From contig OX597824.1 of assembly GCA_951406725.2 (NCBI GenBank), positions 18,600,001-18,664,000 of the forward strand: DNA of 64,000 nucleotides. Reading direction: 5' to 3'. Shown here in pieces: positions 44,481 to 61,001 of this stretch (the stretch's first letter is position 1; each line of letters opens with the position of its first letter). The notes under the pieces were generated by a model, which had not been told where the DNA came from, ran no database searches, and saw only the letters and a list, made by a program, of their open reading frames with translations. The position numbers and the translations under genes are program-made. The DNA comes from Octopus vulgaris. Its lineage: Eukaryota.

Positions 44481-44619
44481 ATTATATGCAAGACTTTCTT
44501 AAAGATCGATTCGTAACAATTATCCGTGTTGTTAACCAAATTCCAATGACTTCTGTTTCTGTATTAGGAACCAGTACCCTCATATTGATAATTAAAAAGA
44601 ACAAAAGGATACACACACG

Positions 44620-44620
<1 letters not shown>

Positions 44621-44653
<33 letters not shown>

Positions 44654-44975
44654 GTTTAACGTCCGTTCTCCATGCTAGCATGGGTTGGACGGTTCGACCG
44701 GGGATCTGGGAAGCCAGAAGGCTGCACCAAACTCCAGTCTAATCTGGCAATGTTTCTACAGCTGGATGCCCTTCCTAACGCCAACCACTCCGTGAGTGTA
44801 GTGGGTGCTTTTTACGTGCCACCTGCACAGGTGCCAGGCGAGGCTGGCAACGGCCACGGTCGGATTGGTGTATTTTATGTGCCACCGGCACGGAAGCCCG
44901 TCGAGGCGGTGCTGGCATCGGCCACGAGTCGGATAGTGCTTTTTACGTACCACCAGACCAGGGATCCTGGCTATA
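44621..44975 (-). mobile_element. SINE/RTE-associated element with (GAT)n tail
   Basis: Minus strand GGTTGGCGTTAGGAAGGGCATCCAGCTGTAGAAAC...CCATGCTAGCATGGAGAACGGACGTTAAAC(GAT)n; three internal TTTTA(C/T)GT(G/A)CCACC repeats. Confidence 0.65.
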
Positions 44976-45391
44976 TTTAAATGTATATATGTGTATGTGT
45001 GTGAGTGTGTGTGATATCGGGGTTTATATGCATATATATGTGTGCATGTGTGTGTCCATAAGTATACGTTTATACATATATACATGTGTGCGTGTGTGTG
45101 TGTGTGTGCGCGCATTATTTTCATACAAATATTTTCCTCTATTTAACCATCTCACATCGTCTCTGATAAAGGGATATCCATAATATCCCAGAAACAGCTG
45201 AATCTTTTTCTCTGTAAATGTCCTGAAAACTCCTCACAGCCTTGGCTTTGTTATTTCATTCTCTCTAATATATATATATGCGAGCTAATACAAGACCCAC
45301 ATTAGACTCCTCCCTCGTATCACTATTGATCCAAGAATTTAACCATGGTCTTACCCGACACTCTTTGGGTCTTCTAGATACCAATACCTCT

Positions 45392-45524
<133 letters not shown>

Positions 45525-45575
45525 TATATATATATATGTATATATATATATGTATATATATATATGTATATATAC

Positions 45576-45646
<71 letters not shown>

Positions 45647-47361
45647 GTTTGCTAAATTTATCTTGAGAACATTCCTTTCTTAGTGGTAAGACCATAACGG
45701 ATCTACTTCTAGCATAATGGATGTCCACGTAGTGGTCATCCCTCTTATATATATGTGTTATATATATATATATAATAGCTATTGTTTCTTGTAGGCCTCT
45801 TGACAAGACAGTTCCCGCATTGGCTTGTTTAGTTATTGTTGTTGTTGTTGTAGTTGTGGTTGTTATTGTTGTTGTCAGTAGGACAAAGTGAGGCGAAGTC
45901 CGTTGAAATGACAGCGAATACACCACCGAACGACACCCAATGATTCAAAGCATGTTTGTAGAAGATGAAATCAATATTATTTTTTATAATTATTTTCTCA
46001 GAAACCATAAAAAAAAGAAGATCCAAGATAATTCTCTGTTTCCAACATCAAAAGACGTTTGCCATAAATGTTGCTAGCACAAACTAAGGATAAAAGAAAG
46101 AAAGCGAAGGAAAAAATGGATATTCCGGCTAAACATGTAAACAAAATAATAGAATGGGAAATGGTAAAACAAAGTAGACTCTTGAGAATGGTGACGATAA
46201 TTTGACCAACGCCTGGCGCTCAAATACAAAAAACAAATTAAGCCAAATAAACCCATCAGTTGTAGGGTTGGGAGGCACTCGAATTGTACTTATTAAACCC
46301 TTAGCAAACAAACACATAATAAGAATAAGGAAATTACAGCAAGCAGTATAACAAAGAGGAGAGACAACAGAATGACAGAATCGGTGTGCGCTGTGGGTGG
46401 TAGCGGGGATAAAATGTCTTAAAGTATTTAGTTACAACCCTATGCATTCTGAGTTCAAGTTCCGCTAAAAACCGACAAAGCATTTTTTTATAGCATTTTT
46501 TTTTTTGTTTGTTTTTATCGTTAACGTAAACTATCAGTTGTTGATTTTGTCCTTGTTATATTACAAACTCCAAGACTGAACACAGATATCAGAAAAGGCA
46601 TTACAACCATGACCATCCCATTTATACATAGAAATAATGTACTCTGTACTGCCTTAACTAAAGTGTCGTTGCCTATTTTCTCCTCAACGGGAGAATGATA
46701 TTTAAGGGAGACTGGCTGGCATTTCTAGCAAACCGAGCGACAGTGTAGAAGCTTTAGTCGACCCAAACCGTAAACAGTATTTTACTGTTTGTTTGTCTTT
46801 TACCCTCAGATCAGCTCTCATTGAGCAAACTTATAATCAACGTAATCCAGTCTTGCAGATCCTATCATTTTGTATATATTCTATGGACTATTTCCTCCAA
46901 TGTGTTCACATTTAAAATGGTGCGGTGTAATTGGAAGAAACCTTTGGTTTTCAGCTTGCAACTTTGTGAACTAGTGAATCACCTGTAAAGTGGTCAGTGG
47001 TCTGGTAGGTATAATTTACTGTCACCTACCTTGGAATATATATTTTTATCCCTATGTTAGACGTTCTTGAAGGTGAGTGGCTAAGGAATCTGTTTGCTGG
47101 GCTCAAGACAATAAGTTATTAAGTTCGATTCTTAGGCCGCGTGACAAGTTAATTCTTGATATAGAGAAGGCGCATCATTTCAAGTTGCTTCAGTCGACTC
47201 AACTGTAAGCGAGTACCATCTGACTACTGGGGTAGACCTCTCTGTCTGTCTATCTGTCTGTGTCCGTCTGTCTGTCTCCCTCTCTCTTTCTCTCTCTTTC
47301 TCTCTTTCTCTCTCCTGCTGTCACTGGCTTAAGAGGAGAAAGGCTATAAGGGTATCTATAT

Positions 47362-47759
47362 TCTTTTCTACTCTAGGCACAAGGCCCGAAATTTTGGGGG
47401 AAGGGGCCAGTCGATTTGATCGACCCCAGTGCGTAACTGGTACTTAATTTATCGACCCCGAAAGGATGAAAGGCAAAGTCGACCTCGGTGGAATTTGAAC
47501 TCAGAACATAAAGACTGACGAAATACCTATTTCTTTATTGCCCACAAGGGGCTAAACACAGAGGGGACAAACAAGGACAGACAAAGGGATTAAGTCGATT
47601 ACATCGACCCCAGTGCGTAACTAGTACTTAATTTATCGACCCCGAAAGGATGAAAGGCAAAGCCGATCTCGGCGGAATTTGAACTCAGAACATAAAGGCT
47701 GACGAAATATCGCTAAGCAGTTCGCCCGGCGTGCAAACGTTTCTGCCAGTTCGCCACCT
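47362..47759 (-). mobile_element. SINE family A dimer with alternative 3' tail
   Basis: Junction at 47527/28; tail CCCCCAAAATTTCGGGCCTTGTGCCTAGAGTAGAAAAGAA, also seen at 21872-21930. Confidence 0.85.
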
Positions 47760-47944
47760 ATATTGGCGTATCGTTCCAACTGCATCTAACATTGTGAACC
47801 TGGTTCAAAATTACGAGGTTTTGGAAGAGTTCGGAACAATTTCATAACCATTATTGTTCTCCGGTCTATTCTGATCTGGAATAAAACCACTCTCAGGATC
47901 CCAGCTGCGGCTGAATTAGCTTAATATTATGCTTATCTATGCAC

Positions 47945-48340
47945 AGTGGCTGTGTGGTAAGTACCTTGCTTACCAACCACATGGTTCCGGGTTCAGTCCC
48001 ACTGCGTGGCACCTTGGGCAAGTGTCCTCTACTATAGCTCCGGGTCGACCAAAGCCTTGTGAGTGGATTTGGTAGACGGAAATTGAAAGAAGCCCGTCGT
48101 ATATATGTATGTGTATGTGTGCGTGTTTGTGTGTCTGTGTTTGTCCCCCTAGCATCGCTTGACAACCGATGCTTGTGTTACGTCTCCGTAACTTAGCGGT
48201 TAGCCAAAAGAGACGATAGAATAAGTACTAGGCTTACAACGAACAAGTACTGGGGTCGATTTGCTCGACTAAAAGGCAGTGCTCCAGCATGGCCACAGTC
48301 AAATGACTGAAACAAGTAAAAGAGTAAAAAAGTAAAAGAG
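47945..48340 (+). mobile_element. SINE family B
   Basis: Colinear with 31949-32383. Confidence 0.85.
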
Positions 48341-48399
48341 AGGTCCGTCGGATACTGCGGAAGAAAATTTCATGGTTCATTGGAGAAGAAAACAGCTGT

Positions 48400-48836
48400 A
48401 GAGGAAGAGGAGAAAGAGAAGGAGAAGAAGGTTTAGGAGGAGAAGCAGGTGATGTTGGTGATGTTGCTGGTGGTGAAGGGGAAGATGGAGGGACGACGGA
48501 AGAAGAGAGGGCCAGAAAAAAATAAGAAGAGGAAGGAGAAGGAGAAAGAGAGAGAAAGAAAGATAGAAAGACAGAAGGGGAAAAGGAAGGAAGGAGTGAA
48601 GGAAGGAAAGAGAAAAGAAGGAAAAGGAGGTGGAGAAATGGTATGAGAATGGTTACAAGAATGAAATGAAATGGTTAAAAGAATGAAATGAAAATTAGAA
48701 AATAAAGGGGAATGTGGTGGAGGAGGAAGAGGAAGGAGAGAACGAGGAGATGGAGTAAGAAAAAGAAGGAAGAAGAAGGAGAGGAAGAAGAAGGAGAGGA
48801 AGAAGAAGAAGAAGAAGAAGAAGAAGAAGAGTGGAA

Positions 48837-48868
<32 letters not shown>

Positions 48869-48975
48869 AGGAAAAATGAAGAAAAAGAACAGCAACAACA
48901 ACAAGGAGGAGGAGAAGGAGAAGATGAAGAAGAAGAAAGAAGAAGAAGAAAGAAGAAGAAAGAAGAAGAAAGAAG

Positions 48976-49007
<32 letters not shown>

Positions 49008-49390
49008 GAAGGAAAAATGAAGAAGAAGTTAGAAGAAAAAGAACAGCAACAACAACAAGGAGGAGGAGAAGGAGAAGGAGAAGATGAAGAAGAAGAAGAA
49101 AAAGAAAGAAGAAAGAAGAAGAAGAAGAAGAAGAAGAAGAAGAAGAAGAAGAAGAAGAAGAAGAAGAAGAAGAAGAAGGAAAAATGAAGAAGTTAGAAGA
49201 AAAAGAACAGCAATAACAAGGAGGAGGAGAAGGGGAAGAAGAAGAAGAAGAAGTTAGAAGAAGAAGAAGAAGAAGAAGAAGAAGAAGAAGAAGAAAAACA
49301 ACAAACATGAAGAAGAAGAAGAAGAAGAAGAAGAGGAGGAAAGCGAACGAGGAGAGGGGGGGGAAAGAAGAGGAGGAGAATGAAGCAGGA
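48400..49390. repeat. ~1 kb (GAA)-rich polypurine tract with higher-order repeats
   Basis: GGAAAAATGAAGAAG..GAACAGCAACAACAAGGAGGAGGAGAAGG unit occurs three times. Confidence 0.9.
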
Positions 49391-49984
49391 GAAACGAATG
49401 ATGTATTTTGCGGAGGCATGGCGGCTGTGATGGCGTAAACACGAAGTAAAAACCAGAAAAACAACAACAACAATTATTACATAACGACATGACATGTTGA
49501 GTTATCTAACAAGATTTATCCCAATTAAAAGCCCGTATTTCTAATTATATTGACTCATTTAATGTTTTATTGGTTTCTGTTATTTCAACGAAGCTTCTCC
49601 TTTTTTATTTTATTTTATTTCATTTTATTTTATTTATATTTTTTTTCGTGTTTGTCCCCCCCCCCTCCTTTCTTTTTGGCTTCCATCTTAGTTTTAAGAG
49701 TTCTTCTATCACCACCTCTCGTTTCCTCATCGCATCCTCGCACGTTCCCAGGCAGTTTTTAAAAGATCGTTTGCTCTTTTAACGCTCTTTTATACATATT
49801 TCGACTGTTTATTCTTTTCCTCCGTCTCGCCCTCCCCCCCTCCACTCACTCCTCTCTCTCTCATTCTTTCTCTCTCTCTCTCTCTCACTCATTTCATTAC
49901 CTCATCTCTCTTTTATCCTCCTACCATCTCTTGATCTATTTCTCTCTTCTTCTCTCTATGAGTCTATCTGTTAGTCAATCTTTC

Positions 49985-50456
<472 letters not shown>

Positions 50457-50668
50457 TCATTGCTCTCTACCCTCTCCTTCCTCTTAAGTTCGCTGTCACA
50501 CACAATAACACACACGCACGTATGTATATATGTGTATATACATGTGCGTGTGTGTGTGTGTATATGTGTGAGTGTGCGCGCGTTCACAAGTACACATACA
50601 CACACATATTTCCTCTTTATCTTTAGTTGCATCATTCAATGTCACTTTTACAACTTTCTCTGTTTCTC

Positions 50669-50726
<58 letters not shown>

Positions 50727-50851
50727 GTATATATTTTCATATACAACTCTTTATCTATTCCTCAAACTCTCTTTTTCCTTCAATTTTACTCATACTCACA
50801 CCCTATCACTCGCTCGATCTCTCACCACCACCACCCACACTGCGTGTTTGA

Positions 50852-50888
<37 letters not shown>

Positions 50889-51158
50889 CGTGCTTGTGCG
50901 TGTGTGTATGTCGATTATATTATTTATTGACTTATTTCACTGTTAAATTCTCGGAATGATTCTCTTAGAATTTTTCATCTCTCTCTCTCTCTCTCTCTCT
51001 CTCATGCGTGCGCGCATTGTAGGTGTGTGTGTGTGCGTGTGTGTGCGTGTGTGTGTGCGTGTGTGTGTGTTTCTAAATGCTTTTAATGTATCCTCCCTTT
51101 TCCTTTCTCTTCATAATATATCTATCATATCTATCTGTTCATCAAACACACACACACA

Positions 51159-51218
<60 letters not shown>

Positions 51219-51272
51219 GCGAGATAGAAATTCACAGACATAGATACTCACATACTCACACACACACACATG

Positions 51273-51317
<45 letters not shown>

Positions 51318-51462
51318 TACATACATACATACATACATACATACATACTTACATACTTACATGCATACACACACGGGCGCGTGTGCGCAAATATCTCTGC
51401 CTCTTGTCTGTTTTTCTCTCTCCGATACACAAATACTAACTCAGTTCCCTCCCTCTTTTGCC

Positions 51463-51495
<33 letters not shown>

Positions 51496-51819
51496 TTATT
51501 TCTTCCTTTTTCTCTCATTCTTGTATACTAAGACATTTCTTCAGTATCTGCCCCTCTCTATCTCTTATTTCTTTATGGTAATTACATGTAAAGTATTTAG
51601 TCCTTATATTTCTCCTCTCCGTCATCACCTCTTCCTTCCCCTTCCCCTTCCACTTCTACTTTCACTTTCTTCTCCTCCCTCCTCCTTCTTCTACTATTTC
51701 TTTATTTTATTGTTCTGTTTTGATTTTTTTTTTTAATTTATTTCGCTCCATGTAGCTATTAATTCAATTGACTCGTGAAATTAGATTGGACTAAATTTTG
51801 AATTAACTGATTTTAATTT

Positions 51820-51905
51820 AGGATCAATATGGCGCTTCGACTTTTGATAGAGAAGAAAGATGGCGGAAAAGGAAGTAAACAGAAAGAAGATTCAGGATGA
51901 AAGTG
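51820..51905. promoter_or_regulatory. Candidate promoter / first exon island
   Basis: Two YY1-type motifs (AATATGGCG, AAGATGGCGG) plus ETS-like GGAAGT in unique DNA; minus strand reads CTTCCTTTTCCGCCATCTT. Confidence 0.3.
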
Positions 51906-51918
51906 AGAGAGAGAAAGT

Positions 51919-52011
<93 letters not shown>

Positions 52012-52735
52012 TGTGTGTGTGAGTGTCAGAGAGTGAGAGAGGAAGAAGGGAGAGAAATCTGGAATAACAAGAATAACATAAAAAATAGAATAAAGTGAAG
52101 GAACCAAAAAAAATCTAGAGAGCAATGGAGGAAAGAGAGAAAGGAGAAAAAAGAAGAAATTACAAAGAAAGGGAGGAAGAAAGGGAGGAAGAAAGTAAGG
52201 AAGGAGGAGAAGAAAATGTAGGTGAAGGAATGCAGAAAACAGAGGATGAGAGATACATGAAGGAGAAAAAAAGGAGAGAAAAATGGTGAATGAAATATAG
52301 AAAGAAAACGATGAGAATCTAGAAGATAAAAACGAGGAGAATGAAAGAAGAGCAAAATATGAAGAAATAAAAAAGGAAAGAAACAAGGAAACAATTTTAT
52401 GATAATGTTTACACACACACATACACACACACACACACACACATACATACTCTCTCCTCCTTCCTCTCTCTCTCTCTTTCTCCGCCTGACTCTTTCTCCC
52501 GCTCTCTTTCTTTCTCTCTCTCTCTCTCGTTTTGTGATATACCTGTGCACATACACACGCACACATACAGTTGCATAGACATTAACATGCGCATATATGC
52601 ATGCATATATTCACACTTATGTATATACAGACGTGCATGCAGGCACATACAAGCATACGCATGCAAAAGGCTATATACACGCATATATATACACACACAC
52701 GTTTAAACACAGGAATTTATGTATATATACAGCTG

Positions 52736-52793
<58 letters not shown>

Positions 52794-52860
52794 ACGTCAA
52801 ATATACAATTTCAGAAAGACACACATGCACACACGACACACACACACACATACACACACG

Positions 52861-52908
<48 letters not shown>

Positions 52909-53119
52909 TACATATATATATATAAGGAACAAGGCAGAGTAGAGTAGAAAGCTCGTCCCCACTCAGATTTACCCAATACTATCCGGTAGCATTATATGTT
53001 TTCAAAAGGCGATGAGGTAGCAGAATCGTTAACACGCCGGACGAAATGCTTAGATGCATTTCGTTCATCTCAACGTTCTGAGTTCAAATTCCGCCGAGGT
53101 TCACTTTGCCTTTCATCCC

Positions 53120-53370
53120 CATTCCTCACCCTCATGTACTACCTTATATCTCTCTCTACCTCTACACGCTCAATAATACTATAAAAAGAGACAAAATTCT
53201 TGAAAAAGTTCAATCTGACGACTCCACTAGTGTGGACGCAAGCGCTATTATATGATGTGTAAAAACATGTGACACACTAATAATTATCTGTAAATATAAA
53301 ACCATCCAGATTTCTGAGTACCTTATTTCCTCTAATATATAATACCTGTACATCATCTCCAAACCTTCTA
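53120..53370 (+). mobile_element. Penelope-like pLTR remnant with degenerate hammerhead
   Basis: CTGACGA-ctccactagtgtggac-GCAAGCGCTA at ~53215-53248; related copy at 59450-59680 has GAAAGCGCTA. Confidence 0.5.
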
Positions 53371-53419
53371 ATATATATATATATTTGTATGTATGTGTAT
53401 ATATATATATATGAGTGTG

Positions 53420-53506
<87 letters not shown>

Positions 53507-53664
53507 ATAATATGTATATATATGTGTGTGAGATCCAAATGTACGTACGCCGCTATATATATCCCTCCTTCCCTTCTTTCCTGAGCGTCAATAATACTTT
53601 AATTGTTCCACGTCCTGCGTTGCTGTGTTTTTTTCTCTTTTTTTCTGTGTTTTCTTGTTTGGAT

Positions 53665-53696
<32 letters not shown>

Positions 53697-54082
53697 ACAC
53701 AAAATGGGACAAAAACGCAAAATATCCAGACAGTTAGGTGCTATATATGTGTGGGGGTGTATGTATATATACATATATACATGTTACACACGCGCGCACA
53801 TGCATGCATATATACACAAATACATGCACACATATACATACAGAAGCTTAAACACATGCATATACATTCGCACACTCAGACATGCTTACATACACTCTTT
53901 CACTCATTCTCTTTCATGGACACAAACTTTCACATAAACACACTTAAAACTACGCCTGCATACAAACATACAAGCAGCCACGCACAAATACGCTTTCGCA
54001 CGCACATACATACACACCACCGTATATGGGCATACAGATCTTCATACACGATTTCAAGAGCATATGTACAAGGTCCCGCATA

Positions 54083-55060
<978 letters not shown>

Positions 55061-55164
55061 GGGCTACTAACTCAAAGATTCCGAGTTCGATTCCAGGCAG
55101 TGACCTGAATAATAACAATAATAACAGCATCGGAAAAATACCTTAGGAATGAGAACCCAGGTCC

Positions 55165-55204
<40 letters not shown>

Positions 55205-55361
55205 CATCACCATGTCGCGCACATATGGTTGTGATGCATGTGCCTGGTGTGCCCTTATCAGACGGGTAGTCATGATGGGTATATTGGGCTTCGTATATTT
55301 TACCCCAGTGTCACTTTGATGGCATGAACTGCTCTCTCACTCAATAATAATAATAATAATG

Positions 55362-55429
<68 letters not shown>

Positions 55430-55430
55430 T

Positions 55431-55479
<49 letters not shown>

Positions 55480-55645
55480 GCAGCAGCAGCAGCAACAACA
55501 ACAATAAAAACATCGAACCCAGGTTCGAAATTTTTCCAAGACACCTGATGAAGGCTGGAGGATATATCAGCCGAAACGTTGTTTTAACAACAAACAAGAT
55601 GAGAATAAATATCCGTCAAATGTAAATAATGTAAATAATGTAAAT
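55061..55645 (+). mobile_element. tRNA-headed SINE family E with hammerhead tail, interrupted by a family D fragment (55207-55343)
   Basis: B box GAGTTCGATTCC; (AAT/AAC)n linker; hammerhead at 55541-55584; (ATGTAAATA)n end; sibling at 61295-61690. Confidence 0.75.
55541..55584 (+). ncRNA. Minimal type I hammerhead ribozyme
   Basis: acac-CTGATGA-a-ggctg-gaggatatat-cagcc-GAAAC-GTT-gttt (gtgt in the sibling copy). Confidence 0.7.
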
Positions 55646-56407
55646 CATGTATTATCATTGTTATTTGTAGTTTTGTAAATACCCGTTAAACAATTTTTCA
55701 GTTCTTATAATTTACCCTCCTACCTCACTTCTGTGTCATTTTAGAATTTTGTTTCTTTGCACTCTGTGTCACGCTGAATCTCCCCGAGAACTGTTAAGGG
55801 TACTCGTATCTGTGGAGTGCTCAGCCACTTGCACGTCAATTTCAAGAGCAGGCTGTTCCGTTGATCGGATCAACTGGAACCCTCGTGGTCTACATAAAAG
55901 ACGGCATGTTTAAAGGCTCCATCTAACACTTCGCTTCTGTTTGCTATGGTACAGCTACACTCAATAAAAGATTGAAAATAGTAAAAATCCACCACCACCA
56001 CCACCACCACCACCAATTGATAGCTATTAGGAGTGGGACCAAAGACGTTAGGGCATTTCAGAAGAAGATTATTATTAAATAGAAAATTGAGCACCTTTGC
56101 TGGAGTGAGTAAAAAAATATTTTTCATTCATGCTATGTCTTCAATTTCACTGCGATTGTTTCCTACCACCGTTCATATTTGTATCTTGTAGCTGGGGTTT
56201 CTGTTGGTTGAAGTATTCTTCTGTGCATTTATTTAGGTATTTCTCTGGAATGGTAGTCACTGCAGGAGAGCTGTTCTCAAATGAAAGGTGTGAAGTATTC
56301 ATTCCCGTTAGTGTCACATGCATGAGAAATATGAGGGCGCCGAAACGAGAATTAAGGAAAAGTGGAGATGAAATAGCTGCATGTATATAGCCGTCTAGTT
56401 TATCTTA

Positions 56408-56660
56408 GTGGAAGCGCGTGGCTTAGTGGTTAGGGTGTCAGCATCATGATCGTAAGATTGTGGTTTCGATTCCTGGATCGGGCGACGCGTTGTGTTCTTG
56501 AGCAAAACACTTCATTTCACGCTGCTCCAGTCCACTCAGCTGGCAAAAATGAGTAACGCTGTGATTGACGGGCGTCCCGCCCAGCTGGGAAACACATACG
56601 CCATTGAAACCGGGAAACCGGGCCCATGAGCCTGGCTAGGCTTTAAAAGGGCCCACTTAT
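56408..56660 (+). mobile_element. tRNA-derived SINE family F
   Basis: A box TGGCTTAGTGG, B box GGTTTCGATTCC, CORE-like GTGTTCTTGAGCAAAACACTT. Confidence 0.7.
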
Positions 56661-57020
56661 TAGTATTATTAGTTTATTTTACATATCTTATTTGTTTCAG
56701 CAATTGGACATCGGCCATGCTGGGGCACTGCCTTGAAGGGCTTAGTCACAATACTTATTTTGATCCCAATACTTATTTTGCTAAGCTTCGTACTTATTTT
56801 ATCGGTGTCTTTTGCCGAACCGCTATAGTACAGAGTCATAGAAAGTGACCGTGTCTGACCGGGGAGGGGGGGACACGAACACAATGAATTGCCCCAGCAT
56901 GGCTGTAATCTAATGATTGAGACACGTGTAAGAAAAGATAAAAGATATATATATGTTTATATATATATACATAAATATATATATACATATATAAATATAT
57001 ATACTTTTATATACATATGT

Positions 57021-57100
<80 letters not shown>

Positions 57101-57120
57101 CCTGTTTGTGTGGCGGGACC

Positions 57121-57332
57121 GCAATAGCCCAGTGGTTAGGGTAGTGGACTCGCGGGCATAGGATCGCAGTTTCGATTCCCAGACAGGGCGTTGTGAGAGT
57201 TTATTGAGCGAAAACACCTAAAGCTCCACGTCGCTCCGGCAGGGTGTGGTGGTGACGTTAATTTCACGGGCAGGCTGCTCCGTTGATCGGATTGAACTGG
57301 AACCCTCGTCGTCGTAACCGACGGAGTGCCAC
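57121..57332 (+). mobile_element. Family C head fused to a different tail also present at 55838-55890
   Basis: AATTTCA..GCAGGCTG.TCCGTTGATCGGAT..ACTGGAACCCTCGT is shared between the two. Confidence 0.65.
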
Positions 57333-58380
57333 GCTGTTTCTGAGTACCAAATTCACCCACAAGTCATTGGTTGCTGGGGAATATGGTAGCAGGCACCTGA
57401 CTGGAAAGCGAGCTTCTTAGTCACAGAGCCATCCGTGAGCCAATAAAAGATATGTTTACCGACACTTCTCCAGGGATTTTTGACAGTAATAGCGATAAAA
57501 AGATATCAAAAGATCAAATGAAATTGTTGAAGTTGCAGCAGAATTGTGGTAAACAATGTCTTGCCTATCAAATGAAAGTGCTTTTTTCTTTTATTTTTCT
57601 GTGTGAAGGATGCAAGCGCTGTCCTAGGTTTACGAGTAGAATTCTCATATAATCTCTATGTAGTTAATTAAGATATTATTTGCTAACTTACTGCTCCGTA
57701 TTTAACAGACCAGTAACTAAAAATTCGATAAGACAGCGCGCACTCACAAACGTAGTTCTCACACACGTACACGTACGAGAATGTATTACACAAACGGGCA
57801 CGCAACACAAAATGTTACTAATTAATTAGCTACGCTTTATTAGAGATGGAACCGGACACCTGGGTTAGTAATGTTGCCATTTATTCTGCTTCATTTACTC
57901 CAGATATTTCCAAAATCATTTACGGATTGATGGCTTCAACAACCGTAATAGGCGGGAAATTATTGCAGGTTCGGTAGTGGCGAATACGCGCGAATCTGAC
58001 GGGGACGATGTGGGGACGAGGCTGGTAGAAATTGCGTCTAGGGATTTGATTAGACGAACCAGTGGATTGTAGATTTGGTTCTGGACAGTCCGTGCAACTA
58101 TGGCTGTCGATCTGAGTAAACAGCTTGATTCTCTAATACAGCATCTATGAATGTTACAGTCGACTAAGGTCGTGTTTTTTTTTTCTTTTTATAGCAGTAG
58201 CGTTAATAATATAACACACTTACAGACTGATAAACCAACCACAAACAAGCACACATACGCACATACACATATATACACACATATATATACACACATATAG
58301 ACGCGCATCATATATATATATATGAGGATAGATAGATAGATATACACACACACACACATATATACACACATATACACGCG

Positions 58381-58444
<64 letters not shown>

Positions 58445-58470
58445 GTGTATATAGATAGATAGATAGATAT

Positions 58471-58531
<61 letters not shown>

Positions 58532-58716
58532 CACACACACACATCATATATGAGGAAATACGCCACCATATTTATGTGTAGCGAGATTTAGAAATAATCA
58601 ACAATATGAGAACAATGTGTGTGTATATAAATACATATATGCATAAACACATGCTTACACACACACACACAAACACTCACATGTATTTATACATATGTGT
58701 GTGTATGAATTAGATA

Positions 58717-58808
<92 letters not shown>

Positions 58809-59047
58809 TATATATCTGTGTGTATGCATGTGCATTGTGTGTGAGTCTGTTTTGTGTGTGTGCTTATGTGTGTGTGTGTGCGCGCGCGCGCAGGGCAGTG
58901 AGTCAGAAAATATTGCAGTCTTTATTTCCATCAAGTTTTGGTTCACGTTCGTATGTATACGAATGTATATAATTAAGAAATACTTATATACACACTCACA
59001 TTTATATATACATACATACGATACGTCCACATATATACAGACATGTA

Positions 59048-59093
<46 letters not shown>

Positions 59094-59677
59094 CACTTGA
59101 TACACACACGCTCTCTCTCACTTTCTCCCCATTACCACCCTCTTCTACTATCTTATATCCCTCCCCACCACTACACACTCAATAACACTATAGAATGGTC
59201 AAGTTTTCCCTCAAGATCTTAGACCCCCCCTTGGAGTAAACATCTTGACCAACTACAAAAGAAACCAGCAAAACAATTTTTTCTTCTTCCCTCTCTCCTT
59301 TTTCTTCCTTTCCTTCTTTTTCTTTAACACCACTTTCAGACACAAACACAGACACACACGCACACACACACATACACACACACACGTACACATACATGCA
59401 CGCACACACACACACATGCTCTCTCTCACTTTCACCCCATTCATCACCCTCTTGTACCATCTTAAATCCCTCCCCACCACTACACATTCAGTAACACTAT
59501 AGAATGGTCAAAATGTTTCCACAAGAACTTAGTTCAATTTGAAAACCCCACTAGAATGGACGAAAGCGCTAATATATGATATATGATATATGTTATATGA
59601 TGCATAAAAACATGCAATATACAAATAAATATCTGTAAAAATATAAAACCATCCGAATTTCTGAGTACTTCATTTCT

Positions 59678-59718
<41 letters not shown>

Positions 59719-60015
59719 TACATACACTCGATACATCCACCGCCTGTGTCATCCATGTTTTAACCGTTACTGTCTCCTAAAAAGATTTTTCGTTTCATGT
59801 TCGTCTCTGTTGCGTTGCATTCTTTCCTTCTGTGGCTGGCTGATTCAAAGCGGATCTCAGAATTAAACAGCCGAAATCTGCGATGAGGCATCAGTTTCTG
59901 ACTGAAGAATGAAGGCTTTGAATGACCCGTTTGTCTTTTTGTTCGTCCCTTCGTGTATTTCACGTTATTTATTTATGTAAATGTTTATTATATATAAATA
60001 TATATATATATATAT

Positions 60016-60305
60016 AGGAAGGTTTACTAAAATAAACAAAAGACGAAGGCAGGTGGAGTACAAACAAATAATGTATTAGTATGGCGCTCAGGAATAGAAA
60101 TAAAACAAGTCTTTTACGTTTCGAGCCTACGCTCTACGACAGACAGATACACAGAAAAGAAACAAGGAGAGAAAAAAATTGCGTGTAGGGGCTAACGATC
60201 CAACATGGCGTTCTGATTTCAGAAGTCAGAGATCGGAGGTCAAACGTTAGAGGTCAGACGTTAGACGCTAGAGGGATAGTAGGGGAGATAACAGGGTCAA
60301 GTGAC
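60016..60305 (-). mobile_element. Penelope-like pLTR in (TA)n with degenerate minimal hammerhead
   Basis: Reverse complement of 28788-28970; CTGTCGT-agagcgtaggctc-GAAACGTA. Confidence 0.65.
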
Positions 60306-60348
60306 CTATGTATATATATATACATGTGTGTACGTGGATGTATCGAGT

Positions 60349-60382
<34 letters not shown>

Positions 60383-60384
<2 letters not shown>

Positions 60385-60924
60385 TAAGTAATTAAGGGTT
60401 TAGCAACGATTTGCCTCACCACACACCGAATTTAGAAATAGCAGTCAAAGAGTTATAGCTATTCTTTCTACTAAAAGGGAGATCTCAGTAAAACCACAGC
60501 ACTTGAAAGGCAAACACAAACAGGCAAGAGAGAAAGAAATGACAGCGATCTATCATACAATTTTAAGTCACCTACGGACGTACGTTTCGAGATTAAGTTT
60601 TAGGAAAGCATAAGAATTAGATAATTATGTCTTACCCAACTTCTTCTCTCATCAGCGTAGGACACTACAATTATGAATAATTGTATATTAAATTTCGAGA
60701 TACTAGAAGGCATCATCTCAACTCAGTATCAGAGCGAGCTAAAACCGTTACCAGTATCACTAAATTCAAAGTGTGAATTCGGTGTGTGGTGAGGCAAATC
60801 GTTGCTAAACCCTTAATTACTTAGTATTACTTAAACTTTCCTCGAACGAGGCTTTTACATGCCGAAATCTACTTGGTGAAATTAATGATTATTCCAAATT
60901 AATTAGTTTTACCCTATTTTATTA

Positions 60925-60928
<4 letters not shown>
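60383..60928. mobile_element. Penelope-like element, same family as 27699-28572, with inverted pLTR
   Basis: 60383-60432 is inverted at 60776-60827; 60828-60928 continues as an inverted copy of the family start; (TA)n on both sides. Confidence 0.8.
60571..60661 (-). ncRNA. Type I hammerhead ribozyme, intact
   Basis: cctacg-CTGATGA-gaga...tctc-GAAAC-gtac-GTC-cgtagg; all three stems are Watson-Crick. Confidence 0.85.

Positions 60929-61001
<73 letters not shown>

Noticed and set aside
48433-49473. 346-aa minus-strand ORF containing a perfect Kozak GCCGCCATG
   Set aside because: After ~10 codons it is only (TTC)n-derived S/F/L runs.
56150-56325. Short minus-strand ORF MNTSHLSFENSSPAV...
   Set aside because: No recognisable homology or splice support.
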